A DNA stretch of 64,000 nt from a virus. The notes beneath the pieces are model-generated. The model ran no database searches. It was not told where the DNA came from and saw only the letters and a program-made list of their open reading frames with translations. Below, piece after piece: positions 18,059 through 26,950 of the stretch. The position numbers and the translations under genes were made by a program. The DNA lies in the IMG/VR virus record IMGVR_UViG_3300034095_000254; one strand, 5' to 3'. Within the stretch, counting starts at the first letter, position 1. Each line of letters opens with the position of its first letter.

Positions 18059-18718
18059 TTAAAACTCAAATGTAGAATCTGCTTCTACTGCGACATAGTA
18101 AACTAAGTCAGTGTTTGGTGCTTTGAAACGAGAAATCTTCTTGCTGGAGATTGACACTTGGTAATCACCTGGAAGCATCTTTAAGTTTTCTACTTTCAGA
18201 TTAACTTTAAATACTTTATCAGTGTCACCAATTGCTTCACTGTAAGAGTTACCAGTGGCATTCTTCTTATCACCAACGACAGCAGTAACCTTACTGCCAT
18301 CACCAACGATAGATACATCGGCTGCACGAAGGACTGAAGAAGTTTTCTTAATCATATCCAACATCGTTGCAGACATGTTAAAGTTAATCTCTGCATCAGG
18401 GAAGGTAATTGCTTTCTGTGGTGCTACCAAAACAGATGGATCTGCAGCAAAGAACTTGATGTTCATGTTACCTTGTTTGATTGAGACATACTTGTCTTGG
18501 AATTCCAATTCAGGATCGTCAAAGAGAGACATCGCACCCAGAAACTCATTCAAGTCATAGATGGCAAAGTCAGGGAATGCCTCAGTAGTTGTTGCGTCAG
18601 CCATCACATTCTTCTGTGCACTGATAGTTGCTAGTTTGTTACCTTGCTTCAAGAGAAGATTGCTGTTGATGCCAGCAAAGTTCTTGATTAGGTTTACGGT
18701 TTCTTTACTTAATTTCAT
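18059..18718 (-). CDS. 45: Sliding clamp gp45
   Basis: MKLSKETVNLIKNFAGIN, FAIYDLNEFL, ENLKMLPGDY, YYVAVE. Confidence 0.96.
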   Translation of the reverse strand: MKLSKETVNLIKNFAGINSNLLLKQGNKLATISAQKNVMADATTTEAFPDFAIYDLNEFLGAMSLFDDPELEFQDKYVSIKQGNMNIKFFAADPSVLVAPQKAITFPDAEINFNMSATMLDMIKKTSSVLRAADVSIVGDGSKVTAVVGDKKNATGNSYSEAIGDTDKVFKVNLKVENLKMLPGDYQVSISSKKISRFKAPNTDLVYYVAVEADSTFEF

Positions 18719-18881
18719 TATATTTTCCTTCTTCATTATTAACATGGGTTTTCAAATCGATACATTCTTGTTGATGAGGACATTCATCTACAATTCCGTT
18801 TGCTTTGTAGTGTTCAACCAGTCCACAATACTTTTGGTTTTCATGACCATCCAATGGACAACGAACAAATATATGAGTCAT
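18705..18881 (-). CDS. 58-aa Cys/His-rich hypothetical protein
   Basis: Not in track. AGGAG RBS, MTHIFVRCPLDGHENQKYCGLVEHYKANGIVDECPHQQECIDLK... Confidence 0.6.
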   Translation of the reverse strand: MTHIFVRCPLDGHENQKYCGLVEHYKANGIVDECPHQQECIDLKTHVNNEEGKYNEIK

Positions 18882-18925
18882 ATCGTATCTCCTTTTTCTA
18901 ATTGATACACTACTATGTATAATAC

Positions 18926-18954
18926 ATTATACCTCATTATGAGGTATTTGGCAA
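18926..18954 (-). promoter_or_regulatory. Sigma70-like promoter overlapped by two palindromes
   Basis: TTGCCA-N17-TATAAT; ATACCTCAT-T-ATGAGGTAT at 18929-18947 and ATGTAT-A-ATACAT at 18915-18927. Confidence 0.75.
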
Positions 18955-18956
18955 AT

Positions 18957-19280
18957 TTATTTTGAGTATTTAACATCGTGTTCATACAAGAACATTAGGC
19001 AACACATTGCATGCGCCAAGTGATTCTTGCCAGTCTCGGGATCGTTTTGCTCTCCCTCTTTCCATGCCCAAAGATGTCTTTGCATTGCGTCAAAGTATCT
19101 TCGTTTTGAGTCTGGAACATTCTTCCAATTATCTGGTTCGTATTTCTCCGCACCAAATGTTAGAATTTCTACAGTCGCTTTTAATGCGAGTGGTGGAAGT
19201 AAACCATATTGTAGTTTACCTCCATCGAATTTACGACCACCAGTCGTAGCTGTTTGTGATAATTTAACTTTATCGTTCAA
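18957..19280 (-). CDS. dATP/dGTP diphosphohydrolase (DUF5664-type)
   Basis: GRKFDGGK...LLPP, GAEKYEPDNW, AMQRHL, DPETGKNHLAHAMCC; TTG start after GAGGTG. Confidence 0.85.
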   Translation of the reverse strand: MNDKVKLSQTATTGGRKFDGGKLQYGLLPPLALKATVEILTFGAEKYEPDNWKNVPDSKRRYFDAMQRHLWAWKEGEQNDPETGKNHLAHAMCCLMFLYEHDVKYSK

Positions 19281-19284
19281 GACA

Positions 19285-19503
19285 TCACCTCAAAATAAAT
19301 AAGTGGACAATAACAAAGAAGTCTACAATCACTAAGAAAGTATATTGTAGCTTTAATCTAAAATCATTCATATCAATCGATAAGAATAGTAGTATAAAAT
19401 GTGAACTTAAAAATGCCCAGATCCAAACTGGAGTATCAAGTAAGATTAAAAATGCACCACCAAGTATATAAAGCCATGTAGTAATCCAACGGATTGAAAG
19501 CAA
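19285..19503 (-). CDS. Small hydrophobic membrane protein
   Basis: About three hydrophobic segments; AT-rich; start uncertain. Confidence 0.5.
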   Translation of the reverse strand: MLSIRWITTWLYILGGAFLILLDTPVWIWAFLSSHFILLFLSIDMNDFRLKLQYTFLVIVDFFVIVHLFILR

Positions 19504-19528
19504 TTATACTACCTCAAATGAATGTGAC

Positions 19529-19556
19529 AAATGAGCACTCCGAAGAATGCCCATTT
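19529..19556 (-). terminator. UUCG-tetraloop hairpin
   Basis: AAATGGGCATTC-TTCG-GAGTGCTCATTT. Confidence 0.7.
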
Positions 19557-19569
19557 ATAACTCACTTAA

Positions 19570-19830
19570 TTAAGCTGTACGAGTAAATACAGATGAACCA
19601 GCATAGCGGTTTGCAATGGCAACCATCGCACGAGTTGGACGACCGATGCGGTATTTAACCACTTCAGAACCATTCACAACTGCTGGGTTAGAGTAAACAC
19701 AATAACCTTGCTCACGCAAGTTACGAATTGTGCTTGCTGGATGTGCAATACCGAAAGAGGACTTGATCTGCTTAGCAGTGAAAGTCTTACCCTTGTTCAG
19801 ATGCGTCAATAGCAATTCTTGTTTAGACAT
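19570..19830 (-). CDS. Winged helix-turn-helix DNA-binding protein
   Basis: LLTHLNKGKTFTAKQI...ASTIRNLREQGY; GGAG RBS. Confidence 0.7.
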   Translation of the reverse strand: MSKQELLLTHLNKGKTFTAKQIKSSFGIAHPASTIRNLREQGYCVYSNPAVVNGSEVVKYRIGRPTRAMVAIANRYAGSSVFTRTA

Positions 19831-19860
19831 AATATCTCCATAATTAACAACCATCAAATG

Positions 19861-19898
19861 AAAAAAATCATCTGGGGCGATGGCAGTACCCCAGATGA
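19861..19898 (-). terminator. Intrinsic terminator
   Basis: TCATCTGGGG-N11-CCCCAGATGA followed by TTTTTTT. Confidence 0.8.
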
Positions 19899-19912
19899 CA
19901 GGTAAACTCTAA

Positions 19913-20401
19913 TTAAACTGTGATGCCATTCTCACGAAGGATCGCATTGAAGTCTTCGGTGTCATCACCGAACTCAACGGATTCATCAACAATCTTTTGA
20001 AGACGAGATACTTCTATCTTATCTTCTTTCGCAACTGCAGTAGTTGCAGGTGCTTTGACTTTAACAGTCTTGGCTTTAGCAAGTTTCGCAACTTTGGCTT
20101 TAGCCTTTGCTACTTTTGGAGTATTCTTCTCAGCCAATTCTTTGGCATAAGCAGACAACTCGACATCAGTAGGAATCGGCAACTGGTATACACCACGCTC
20201 GACTTTATTCTTATTGAACAACCAGTTAGGGTATCCAATCTTTTCACCCTTCGCACCAGTACGCTGATCACGAATAGTGTAATAGATTGCAGCACATTCC
20301 TTCAGAGTAATCTGAGGATCTTTCTTATACTGCTTGTTGGACTCAAGAACAGCCACAACAAAACGCTTTTGGGACAACGACAAGTTTGCAAATTTCAACA
20401 T
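19913..20401 (-). CDS. Hypothetical early protein with Lys/Ala-rich (histone-like) segment
   Basis: KVAKAKAKVAKLAKAKTVKVKA; directly after a promoter. Confidence 0.75.
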   Translation of the reverse strand: MLKFANLSLSQKRFVVAVLESNKQYKKDPQITLKECAAIYYTIRDQRTGAKGEKIGYPNWLFNKNKVERGVYQLPIPTDVELSAYAKELAEKNTPKVAKAKAKVAKLAKAKTVKVKAPATTAVAKEDKIEVSRLQKIVDESVEFGDDTEDFNAILRENGITV

Positions 20402-20452
20402 AATATATTTCCTTTTCAAAGTTTCACAAAAAATTTCTAACTAACAGATACT

Positions 20453-20481
20453 ATTATACTACAATTCCGAATTAAAGGCAA
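20453..20481 (-). promoter_or_regulatory. Sigma70-like early promoter
   Basis: TTGCCT-N17-TATAAT; CCCT-N9-AGGG at 20498-20514. Confidence 0.8.
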
Positions 20482-20531
20482 GTTCTTTTTGCAATAACCC
20501 TACGAGTTGCAGGGGATTGCAAGACTTACAT

Positions 20532-21698
20532 TTAGAAGGGAATCTCGTCTTCCACCTTTGGAGTCTCTACAGTTTCTGTAGCAACTACTTCAGGTTGTGG
20601 GTTTGCAACTTTATCGAACAAGTCGATGAATGCAGCTTTGGTTGCTGCATCGAAACGATTGCAACACAACTCAACTGCTTTCTGCTGATTCTTAAAAATT
20701 GCATAGGCACGAACAATGTGGATCATACGACGAGTCGTAATAGTTTCATCCACACCACCATCCTCGAAAGTGCGACGAATTGCTTCAGCCCACTTCACGA
20801 GTGTCTCTGCAAACTCGGCATCTAAACAGCCATAAGTTTCCATGAGATTCTTAATAATCTTAACTTCGATTTTTGCAGTTGGGTATTCCTGTTCGAATGT
20901 AACAGCGAATCGCTCCAAGAATGCTTCGTTCAAAACATTGGTACCAATATAGCGACCATCGTCTGAACCCTTACCCTTAGTGTTTGCAGTTGCAAAGATG
21001 TTGAATCCTTCAGCTGGAACAATCATCTCATTCTTGAGTTTGAAGTAGTATGGTTTACCCTCAAGGATCGGTTGCAAACAAAGCAGAGTGTTTGCTGAAC
21101 CTGCATCGATCTCATCAAGCAACAACGCAGTACCGCTACGCATTGCAATCAATACTGGACCTTCTACGATCTCCACATTACCATCTTCCAAAGTCTTGGA
21201 ACCGATAAGTTGTTCTTCGTCAGTCATCATGTTAAGGTTAACACGAATCAATGGACGCTTGTGCTTGGCACAAATCTGTTCGACCATCGTTGACTTGCCA
21301 TTCCCAGTTGGACCAGAAATGTAGGCTGGGTAAAAGATACCAGACTTGATAATGTTTTCCAAGTCATTGTAGTTACCGAATGGTACAAAGTTGCTATCTT
21401 TCTTTGGAATCAACGCTGAGATATCAGAGTAGTCCACCTTAAAGGATTCTTGTTTCACAGGTTGTGCTTTCAATGCAGTGTTTCCAATAATAGGGGTTGC
21501 ACCACCTTCAATAGCGTACAAACCACGACCAACTTTATTCTTCATGAGCCACAAAGGATACTTCTCTGTCTTCATTGCTTCCATAACATCCAAAAGTTCT
21601 GGACGACTAACAGTGCCTTTGGTGGCAGTGTCAGGGTACATTTCTTTCATCTTCAATTCAAACGATTCACGGAACTGGGTATCAGTTTTTGCCATCAC
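20532..21698 (-). CDS. CobS/MoxR-like AAA+ ATPase
   Basis: GPTGNGKS, LLDEID, ATANTKGKG, NEAFLERF. Confidence 0.9.
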   Translation of the reverse strand: MMAKTDTQFRESFELKMKEMYPDTATKGTVSRPELLDVMEAMKTEKYPLWLMKNKVGRGLYAIEGGATPIIGNTALKAQPVKQESFKVDYSDISALIPKKDSNFVPFGNYNDLENIIKSGIFYPAYISGPTGNGKSTMVEQICAKHKRPLIRVNLNMMTDEEQLIGSKTLEDGNVEIVEGPVLIAMRSGTALLLDEIDAGSANTLLCLQPILEGKPYYFKLKNEMIVPAEGFNIFATANTKGKGSDDGRYIGTNVLNEAFLERFAVTFEQEYPTAKIEVKIIKNLMETYGCLDAEFAETLVKWAEAIRRTFEDGGVDETITTRRMIHIVRAYAIFKNQQKAVELCCNRFDAATKAAFIDLFDKVANPQPEVVATETVETPKVEDEIPF

Positions 21699-21743
21699 AT
21701 TTTCTCCATAATAAAATTACACTTTCACAAATTCATAACAACT

Positions 21744-21772
21744 ATTATACTGTAATTAACAATAAAAGTCAA
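21744..21772 (-). promoter_or_regulatory. Sigma70-like early promoter
   Basis: TTGACT-N17-TATAAT; CCCT-N9-AGGG at 21784-21800. Confidence 0.8.
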
Positions 21773-21802
21773 CACTTATTTAACCCTGTGGTTGTAAGGG
21801 TC

Positions 21803-23986
21803 TTAGGCTACTAATCCAACGAATCGATTGAGTAGGACTCGGGAAGTCTTCTTTACATTCAAGAATTTACCGAAATTCTTTGCAATCGCTCTTGCATTTG
21901 CATCGGCTTTTACATCCATCTCACCCTCTTGGATCTTGGTTGAAGACTGTGGAATCAAGAACAACTCATCACGACCAGTGTTTTTCACTGACGCAAAACC
22001 TTGTGCTCTGAATTCTTTCTTCCAGCTATCAATCAATGCGTAGATGTCTCCATTAAAATCAGGTAAGTTTGAGTTTGCAACACAACGCAAATCACGACCA
22101 CGATTCTGACAGATGTGGAATCCGACCGAAGAAATATTGTAACGATCTTTGATCATTCTAAGAATCATCTCAGTTTGATTACCAGACAGGCGACCAATTT
22201 CATAAGTCTTTTGTGTGGCTTCATCTTTGATAAAGTTCTTGATTTTAATTCGTTTGTAAACACCATCAACGATCTCTGTACGAGAGTCATCGAAACGACC
22301 AGATGTGTAGGTATTCAATGAACCACCTTCACCATCGGTAAGAGTAATGAAAGTTGTTTTCTCGATATTGTTGTTCTTAATAAATGTACCCAAAGTTTTG
22401 TAGCAATATACCAATGCTTCATTCAATGGAGTACCACCAGTATTGTAACCTTCATTCCAATGGAAACGATAGTCAAGAACACGACGAGCCATTGAATTGA
22501 ATTCGCTGGTAGTCATTTTGTTGTTGAAGAATTCTAACAAGTGGAACCTGTCGGCAGAATCAATCAAATTGTTTTCTTCTCGTCGTGCAGATCTCCAAGC
22601 ACGATATGCTTCATGTTCTGCTACAGTTTCAGTTTTCTTGTCGTTATAGTCAGTCGTAAATGCATACACACGATATGGAATCTGAACACGATTACAAAAC
22701 ATAGCCAAGTTGATAACTTGTTTCATGGTATCTTTCAATACTTCATTCATCGAACCAGACCAGTCAACAAGAAGAATCATGCCGTGATTTTTACCTTGTG
22801 GTAGAGAAGTCACACGCTTGAACAAATCGTCTTGCAGTTTGTATGCATAAACTTTCTTCATGTCCAATGAACCAATCTTTGATACCATTGCACGCTTGTG
22901 AAGTTGAGCAGACTTTTTCATCTCGAATTCTTTCACGAGATAATTCACAGTACGAATAGATTCGGTTTTGAATTGCACAAAATCTGAATCCTCTGCATTG
23001 TGGAAAGCATTTCGTTCTTCATCACTCATATTGCGAGTGCGGTAGTCAATCATGTCTGGACTATCAAGTAACCACTTCTCAGGTGATTTAGTTTCATTAA
23101 GAATTTGTTTGTAACCGATGACTGGATCTTTAAAGTAATCTGTATCAAACTTCCAGTATTTGTATTCGGTAGAATCATCAGCAAGGTCTTCCAATTTGTT
23201 TTGGAATGCTCTTTCTGTTTTTGATTCTAAATCGTCACCAATTTCTGACTTGTCGTCATTTTGTAGTGTAGATGATTTATTATTCTTGGCTGGTTTTAGA
23301 TCTTCGTCTTCACCATCTTGTTCTTCAAAGTCTTCTTCGCCATCGATGTCAAAGTCACCATAGTTTGGATCGTCGTCTTCATCACCTTCATCTTCTTCTT
23401 GTTCTTGGAATTTGGCATTCTGTTTACGCTCTTCGGCTACTTGTTTAGAGTATGCATAAATCTCATTTGCCAGTGCAACAATTTCATCGACTGTTTCTGT
23501 TCGTTCAGCACGATTCACAAATGCCTTTTCATCAGGTGTGAATGTTACACCACACTGGAATCCTGCTTTAAAGTAAAGATTGATTTTGTCAATGAGTAGC
23601 AGTTCGTCAAAGTCTTGAACTTGTTTCGTGCCAAAGAAGTCACGATCATTGAGTTGCTTATATCCTTCGTTCATGCGTTTGCGCAATCCTGGATATTTGC
23701 GTTTGATAAGTTTCTCGATACGAACATCTTCTAGGACATTCATGTATGAGTGTAACTTAGGAGTTTCCCTTAGTGGTGCAAGATAGTCATCGTTGGTGTA
23801 AAGGGCATGACCCACTTCGTGACCAATCAACATATCTTCAATTTCGGGAGTCATATCTTTCCACATCGGAAGAGTAAGAATACGACTCTTGATGTCAAAA
23901 GATGCAGTGCGAGTTCTGGCACGAATAACTGAAAGGTTTTCAGTTGCCAGCAGTCTTGCGGATAGATCAGATGCTTTCATTTCCAT
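21803..23986 (-). CDS. CobT-like protein: N-terminal HExxH metallopeptidase domain, acidic linker, C-terminal VWA domain
   Basis: HEVGH...NVLEDVRIE; DWSGSM MIDAS, GGTPL, LTDGEG; adjacent to the AAA partner. Confidence 0.88.
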   Translation of the reverse strand: MEMKASDLSARLLATENLSVIRARTRTASFDIKSRILTLPMWKDMTPEIEDMLIGHEVGHALYTNDDYLAPLRETPKLHSYMNVLEDVRIEKLIKRKYPGLRKRMNEGYKQLNDRDFFGTKQVQDFDELLLIDKINLYFKAGFQCGVTFTPDEKAFVNRAERTETVDEIVALANEIYAYSKQVAEERKQNAKFQEQEEDEGDEDDDPNYGDFDIDGEEDFEEQDGEDEDLKPAKNNKSSTLQNDDKSEIGDDLESKTERAFQNKLEDLADDSTEYKYWKFDTDYFKDPVIGYKQILNETKSPEKWLLDSPDMIDYRTRNMSDEERNAFHNAEDSDFVQFKTESIRTVNYLVKEFEMKKSAQLHKRAMVSKIGSLDMKKVYAYKLQDDLFKRVTSLPQGKNHGMILLVDWSGSMNEVLKDTMKQVINLAMFCNRVQIPYRVYAFTTDYNDKKTETVAEHEAYRAWRSARREENNLIDSADRFHLLEFFNNKMTTSEFNSMARRVLDYRFHWNEGYNTGGTPLNEALVYCYKTLGTFIKNNNIEKTTFITLTDGEGGSLNTYTSGRFDDSRTEIVDGVYKRIKIKNFIKDEATQKTYEIGRLSGNQTEMILRMIKDRYNISSVGFHICQNRGRDLRCVANSNLPDFNGDIYALIDSWKKEFRAQGFASVKNTGRDELFLIPQSSTKIQEGEMDVKADANARAIAKNFGKFLNVKKTSRVLLNRFVGLVA

Positions 23987-23993
23987 AATATAT

Positions 23994-24167
23994 TTATTCC
24001 CCAAACGCTAATTCAAATTCGAATTCAGTCAACAGTGCTTCAATCTTAGCACGATTAGCCAATTTTACAGGAAGGATGCCTTCAAATACACATTCTTCTT
24101 CGATACCATAACCATGACACAAACATGCTAACTCAAAGTCATCAAAACCAGCCCATTGATTTTCCAT
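23994..24167 (-). CDS. Small hypothetical early protein
   Basis: GGAG RBS, MENQW... Confidence 0.65.
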   Translation of the reverse strand: MENQWAGFDDFELACLCHGYGIEEECVFEGILPVKLANRAKIEALLTEFEFELAFGE

Positions 24168-24191
24168 AGTTTTCTCCATAATATAACGACT

Positions 24192-24220
24192 ATTATACAC
24201 CAGTCGATGATTAAAGACAA
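24192..24220 (-). promoter_or_regulatory. Sigma70-like early promoter
   Basis: TTGTCT-N17-TATAAT. Confidence 0.8.
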
Positions 24221-24242
24221 CACTTATTTTCAAAAAAGAAAA

Positions 24243-24270
24243 ACCCTGTAAATTCAACAACTTACAGGGT
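24243..24270 (-). terminator. Hairpin/terminator
   Basis: ACCCTGTAA...TTACAGGGT followed by a T-tract on the minus strand. Confidence 0.65.
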
Positions 24271-24298
24271 CTGGGATAGTCTTACTTGCAGTAGGGTT

Positions 24299-24922
24299 TT
24301 ACAAATATAAGGCTGTTAGAGTTTCTTCAGCACCCAAAGATCCTTTTGCAAAAACATTAAATGCGAGACTAATCCTAGTCTCTACTGATGTAGTTTGTTC
24401 AACCATATGAGTTAAACTTGAAGGGAATATCATTAGCTTTCCAGTTGTGACTGGAAACCACCAACTAGTAGAATTTGACAAATTATATCCAGATCTATTA
24501 AAGTCTAGTTGTCTAAAATTATGATCGTTGTAAAAATAAATTTTATCCTTTTCTGGATCTGCATTAAAATAAAACACACCAGAAATAATACTATTCGAAT
24601 GATTGTGTTTATGGTGAAACTCCCCAGGACTAGTGTAGTTTAACCAAGATTGTGTTACATAAAATTCTACATCTTTGGTAGTCATTAATATGTTTTCAAC
24701 ATAATGTTGCACACCTGTTTCTATGAATTCTTTAATAGAAGACAATTCTGCACAATCTCTCAGTAGGTATCGGTCATTACTAACTACATTACCCATGTTT
24801 CTATGACATTTACCTTCTGTGCCATGTAATTTTGCCAATGTTATTTCTTGTTCAGTTATATCCCTACCAAGATCCCAATCTACAATTGTAGTTGGGAAAA
24901 TGTGTTGTACTTTCATTTGCAT
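24299..24922 (-). CDS. Putative 2OG-Fe(II) oxygenase (TIGR02466-like)
   Basis: SWLN, HHKHNHSNSIISGVFY, GKLMIFPSSLTHMV, RISLAFN. Confidence 0.85.
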   Translation of the reverse strand: MQMKVQHIFPTTIVDWDLGRDITEQEITLAKLHGTEGKCHRNMGNVVSNDRYLLRDCAELSSIKEFIETGVQHYVENILMTTKDVEFYVTQSWLNYTSPGEFHHKHNHSNSIISGVFYFNADPEKDKIYFYNDHNFRQLDFNRSGYNLSNSTSWWFPVTTGKLMIFPSSLTHMVEQTTSVETRISLAFNVFAKGSLGAEETLTALYL

Positions 24923-24926
24923 TTTA

Positions 24927-26645
24927 TTATCCCTTTGCGATTACGCTAAAATCATTTCTCTTTTCAAACTTAATAACGGATCTGAACTTATCAAACAACT
25001 GATCACCCTTGTGAGAAATAACGAAGATATTTGTATTGTCTCCAAACTGGTTCATTAGGTTCAAAAAGTAATCTGTTCCTGCTGTGTCTAAAGATGAGTC
25101 AAAGATTTCATCCAGTAATAGTAAGTTTGTATTGACAGAGTTCTTCATCTTTGCAATCTGTCTCCATGTAAATAGGATTGCCAAGTCAATACGCATCTTC
25201 TCACCTTCAGAGAATGATGCATATGTAAAGTCATCTCGGAATCTAGACTTAACAGATTCATTGAATGCTTCGTCTAACTCAAAGTGAATATAAGCATCCA
25301 TTGCTTGAAGGTATTTATTAATCAATTTATTCATGATAGGAAGATACTCACGAATGATTGCTGTCTTGATACCAGTGTCCTTCAATAGGATATTGGCAAC
25401 ATCTTCAAGATTTCTTTGCTCTTGGAGTTGAGTCTTCTGACCAATCTTACCAATGGCTTCTTTGGCAAGTTCTTTTAACTTCCCCTTCTCTTCATCGAGG
25501 TTAGTTGTGTCAGATTTAACCCTTTGGGTCTCAGCTTCAAGTTCTTTGATTTGTTTGTTGAGTAAGGTGACAGTAGAGTTCCTTGTAGATAACTCAATGT
25601 TCTTGTCGGTAATTTGCTCAACCACTTTGTTAATTTGCGATAGTTTCTCATTGAGATTGGAGAGTATGGTTTCGAGTTCACCAATCTTTGTGTTATTGTC
25701 CAGCAGTTTCGAATTAAGATCCTTGATAATACCTTCTTTGTATTCCTCTGGGATATCTTGGCTACACGATGGACAAACATCGTGTTCGCTAAAAAACTCT
25801 GTGTTGTGTTCGCAAGTTTCGATTTTCTGGAGCAACTTACTTCTAATGGACTTGGCTTTGTCGATGTCTTCAGCAATAGTTTCCTTGTCATTGATGCTTG
25901 CCTTAAGAGTATCGATCTCCGAAACGATAGATTGGATCTCGCCCTCTGCCTGTAGAATTTCACTAGAGTTAGCAGAAATCTTTGTTCCGATACTTTCGAT
26001 GGCACTAGTCTTTGCTTCAGAAATAGTTTTGATGAGTTGTGTTTGCGAATCAACTTTTGTCTTCGCAGTAGAGATTTCATTTTCGATTGTTGTAATAGCA
26101 TCTTTAGTTTCCTGTACCTTTTCTTTCAACAACGAATTCATTGTAGAGAAAATACGAATGTCAAGAATGTCTTCAATAACTTCTCTTCGTTGGGTTGTTG
26201 GTAACTGCATGAATGGAACAAACGATGCAGAACCAAGGATAACAACTTGTGTGAATGTCTTGTAGTTTAATTTAAGAACCTGTTGCTCAAGAATCTTTTG
26301 ATAGTCTCTTGATGCAGCATCTTGATTGATCATCTCACCATCTTGCCAGATCTCAAATATATTGGGTTTGATACCACGAATGATTTTGTATTCTTTACCA
26401 TTGATATCAAATTCAATCTCAACAACGCAACCTTTACCATTGATGGAGTTTACAAGTTGACCTTTGTTGATGTTACGGAATGGTTTACCAAATAACGAAA
26501 AGCACAATGCATCTAAGATTGTGCTCTTACCTTCACCATTCTTACCAATGATAAGAGTGGTTTGTGATTTGTTTAGTAATACTTTGTTCGGTGAATTACC
26601 AGTGGATAAAAAGTTCTTCCATTGTACAGACTTAAATTCTATCAT
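24927..26645 (-). CDS. 46: Recombination endonuclease subunit gp46 (Rad50/SbcC-like)
   Basis: GKNGEGKS, CPSC zinc hook, FSEGEKMRIDLA, LDEIFD, ISH. Confidence 0.97.
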   Translation of the reverse strand: MIEFKSVQWKNFLSTGNSPNKVLLNKSQTTLIIGKNGEGKSTILDALCFSLFGKPFRNINKGQLVNSINGKGCVVEIEFDINGKEYKIIRGIKPNIFEIWQDGEMINQDAASRDYQKILEQQVLKLNYKTFTQVVILGSASFVPFMQLPTTQRREVIEDILDIRIFSTMNSLLKEKVQETKDAITTIENEISTAKTKVDSQTQLIKTISEAKTSAIESIGTKISANSSEILQAEGEIQSIVSEIDTLKASINDKETIAEDIDKAKSIRSKLLQKIETCEHNTEFFSEHDVCPSCSQDIPEEYKEGIIKDLNSKLLDNNTKIGELETILSNLNEKLSQINKVVEQITDKNIELSTRNSTVTLLNKQIKELEAETQRVKSDTTNLDEEKGKLKELAKEAIGKIGQKTQLQEQRNLEDVANILLKDTGIKTAIIREYLPIMNKLINKYLQAMDAYIHFELDEAFNESVKSRFRDDFTYASFSEGEKMRIDLAILFTWRQIAKMKNSVNTNLLLLDEIFDSSLDTAGTDYFLNLMNQFGDNTNIFVISHKGDQLFDKFRSVIKFEKRNDFSVIAKG

Positions 26646-26950
26646 TCAGCTTTCCATTTCATACCCATAGACTTATAAATAAACTTCATTATAAAATTGG
26701 GTTTCTTTTTAGAGATAATAGTAATTGGACATTGATCAACATTAATAGTAAAGGATGGACTAACTAAATTAGTAGACAAGGTAGTCCATGTAGTAGCACC
26801 AGTTCCACCATTTATTAGAAACTGTCCTGAAGTACCAAGGACTTCAGTAGTCCGATAAATCATTGGTTTACCACAATCTTCATAATCTAACTCAAGTGGA
26901 ATCTGTTCTGTCAGTGGAAAGAAATACTGTATATTAAGTTGTTGCATCAT
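26642..26950 (-). CDS. Hypothetical protein
   Basis: ATGA-coupled between gp47 and gp46. Confidence 0.7.
   Translation of the reverse strand: MMQQLNIQYFFPLTEQIPLELDYEDCGKPMIYRTTEVLGTSGQFLINGGTGATTWTTLSTNLVSPSFTINVDQCPITIISKKKPNFIMKFIYKSMGMKWKAE

Noticed and set aside
20532-23986. Cobalamin biosynthesis genes cobS/cobT
   Set aside because: This is a generic MoxR-AAA/VWA pair with a peptidase domain; no cobN or other cob genes are present.
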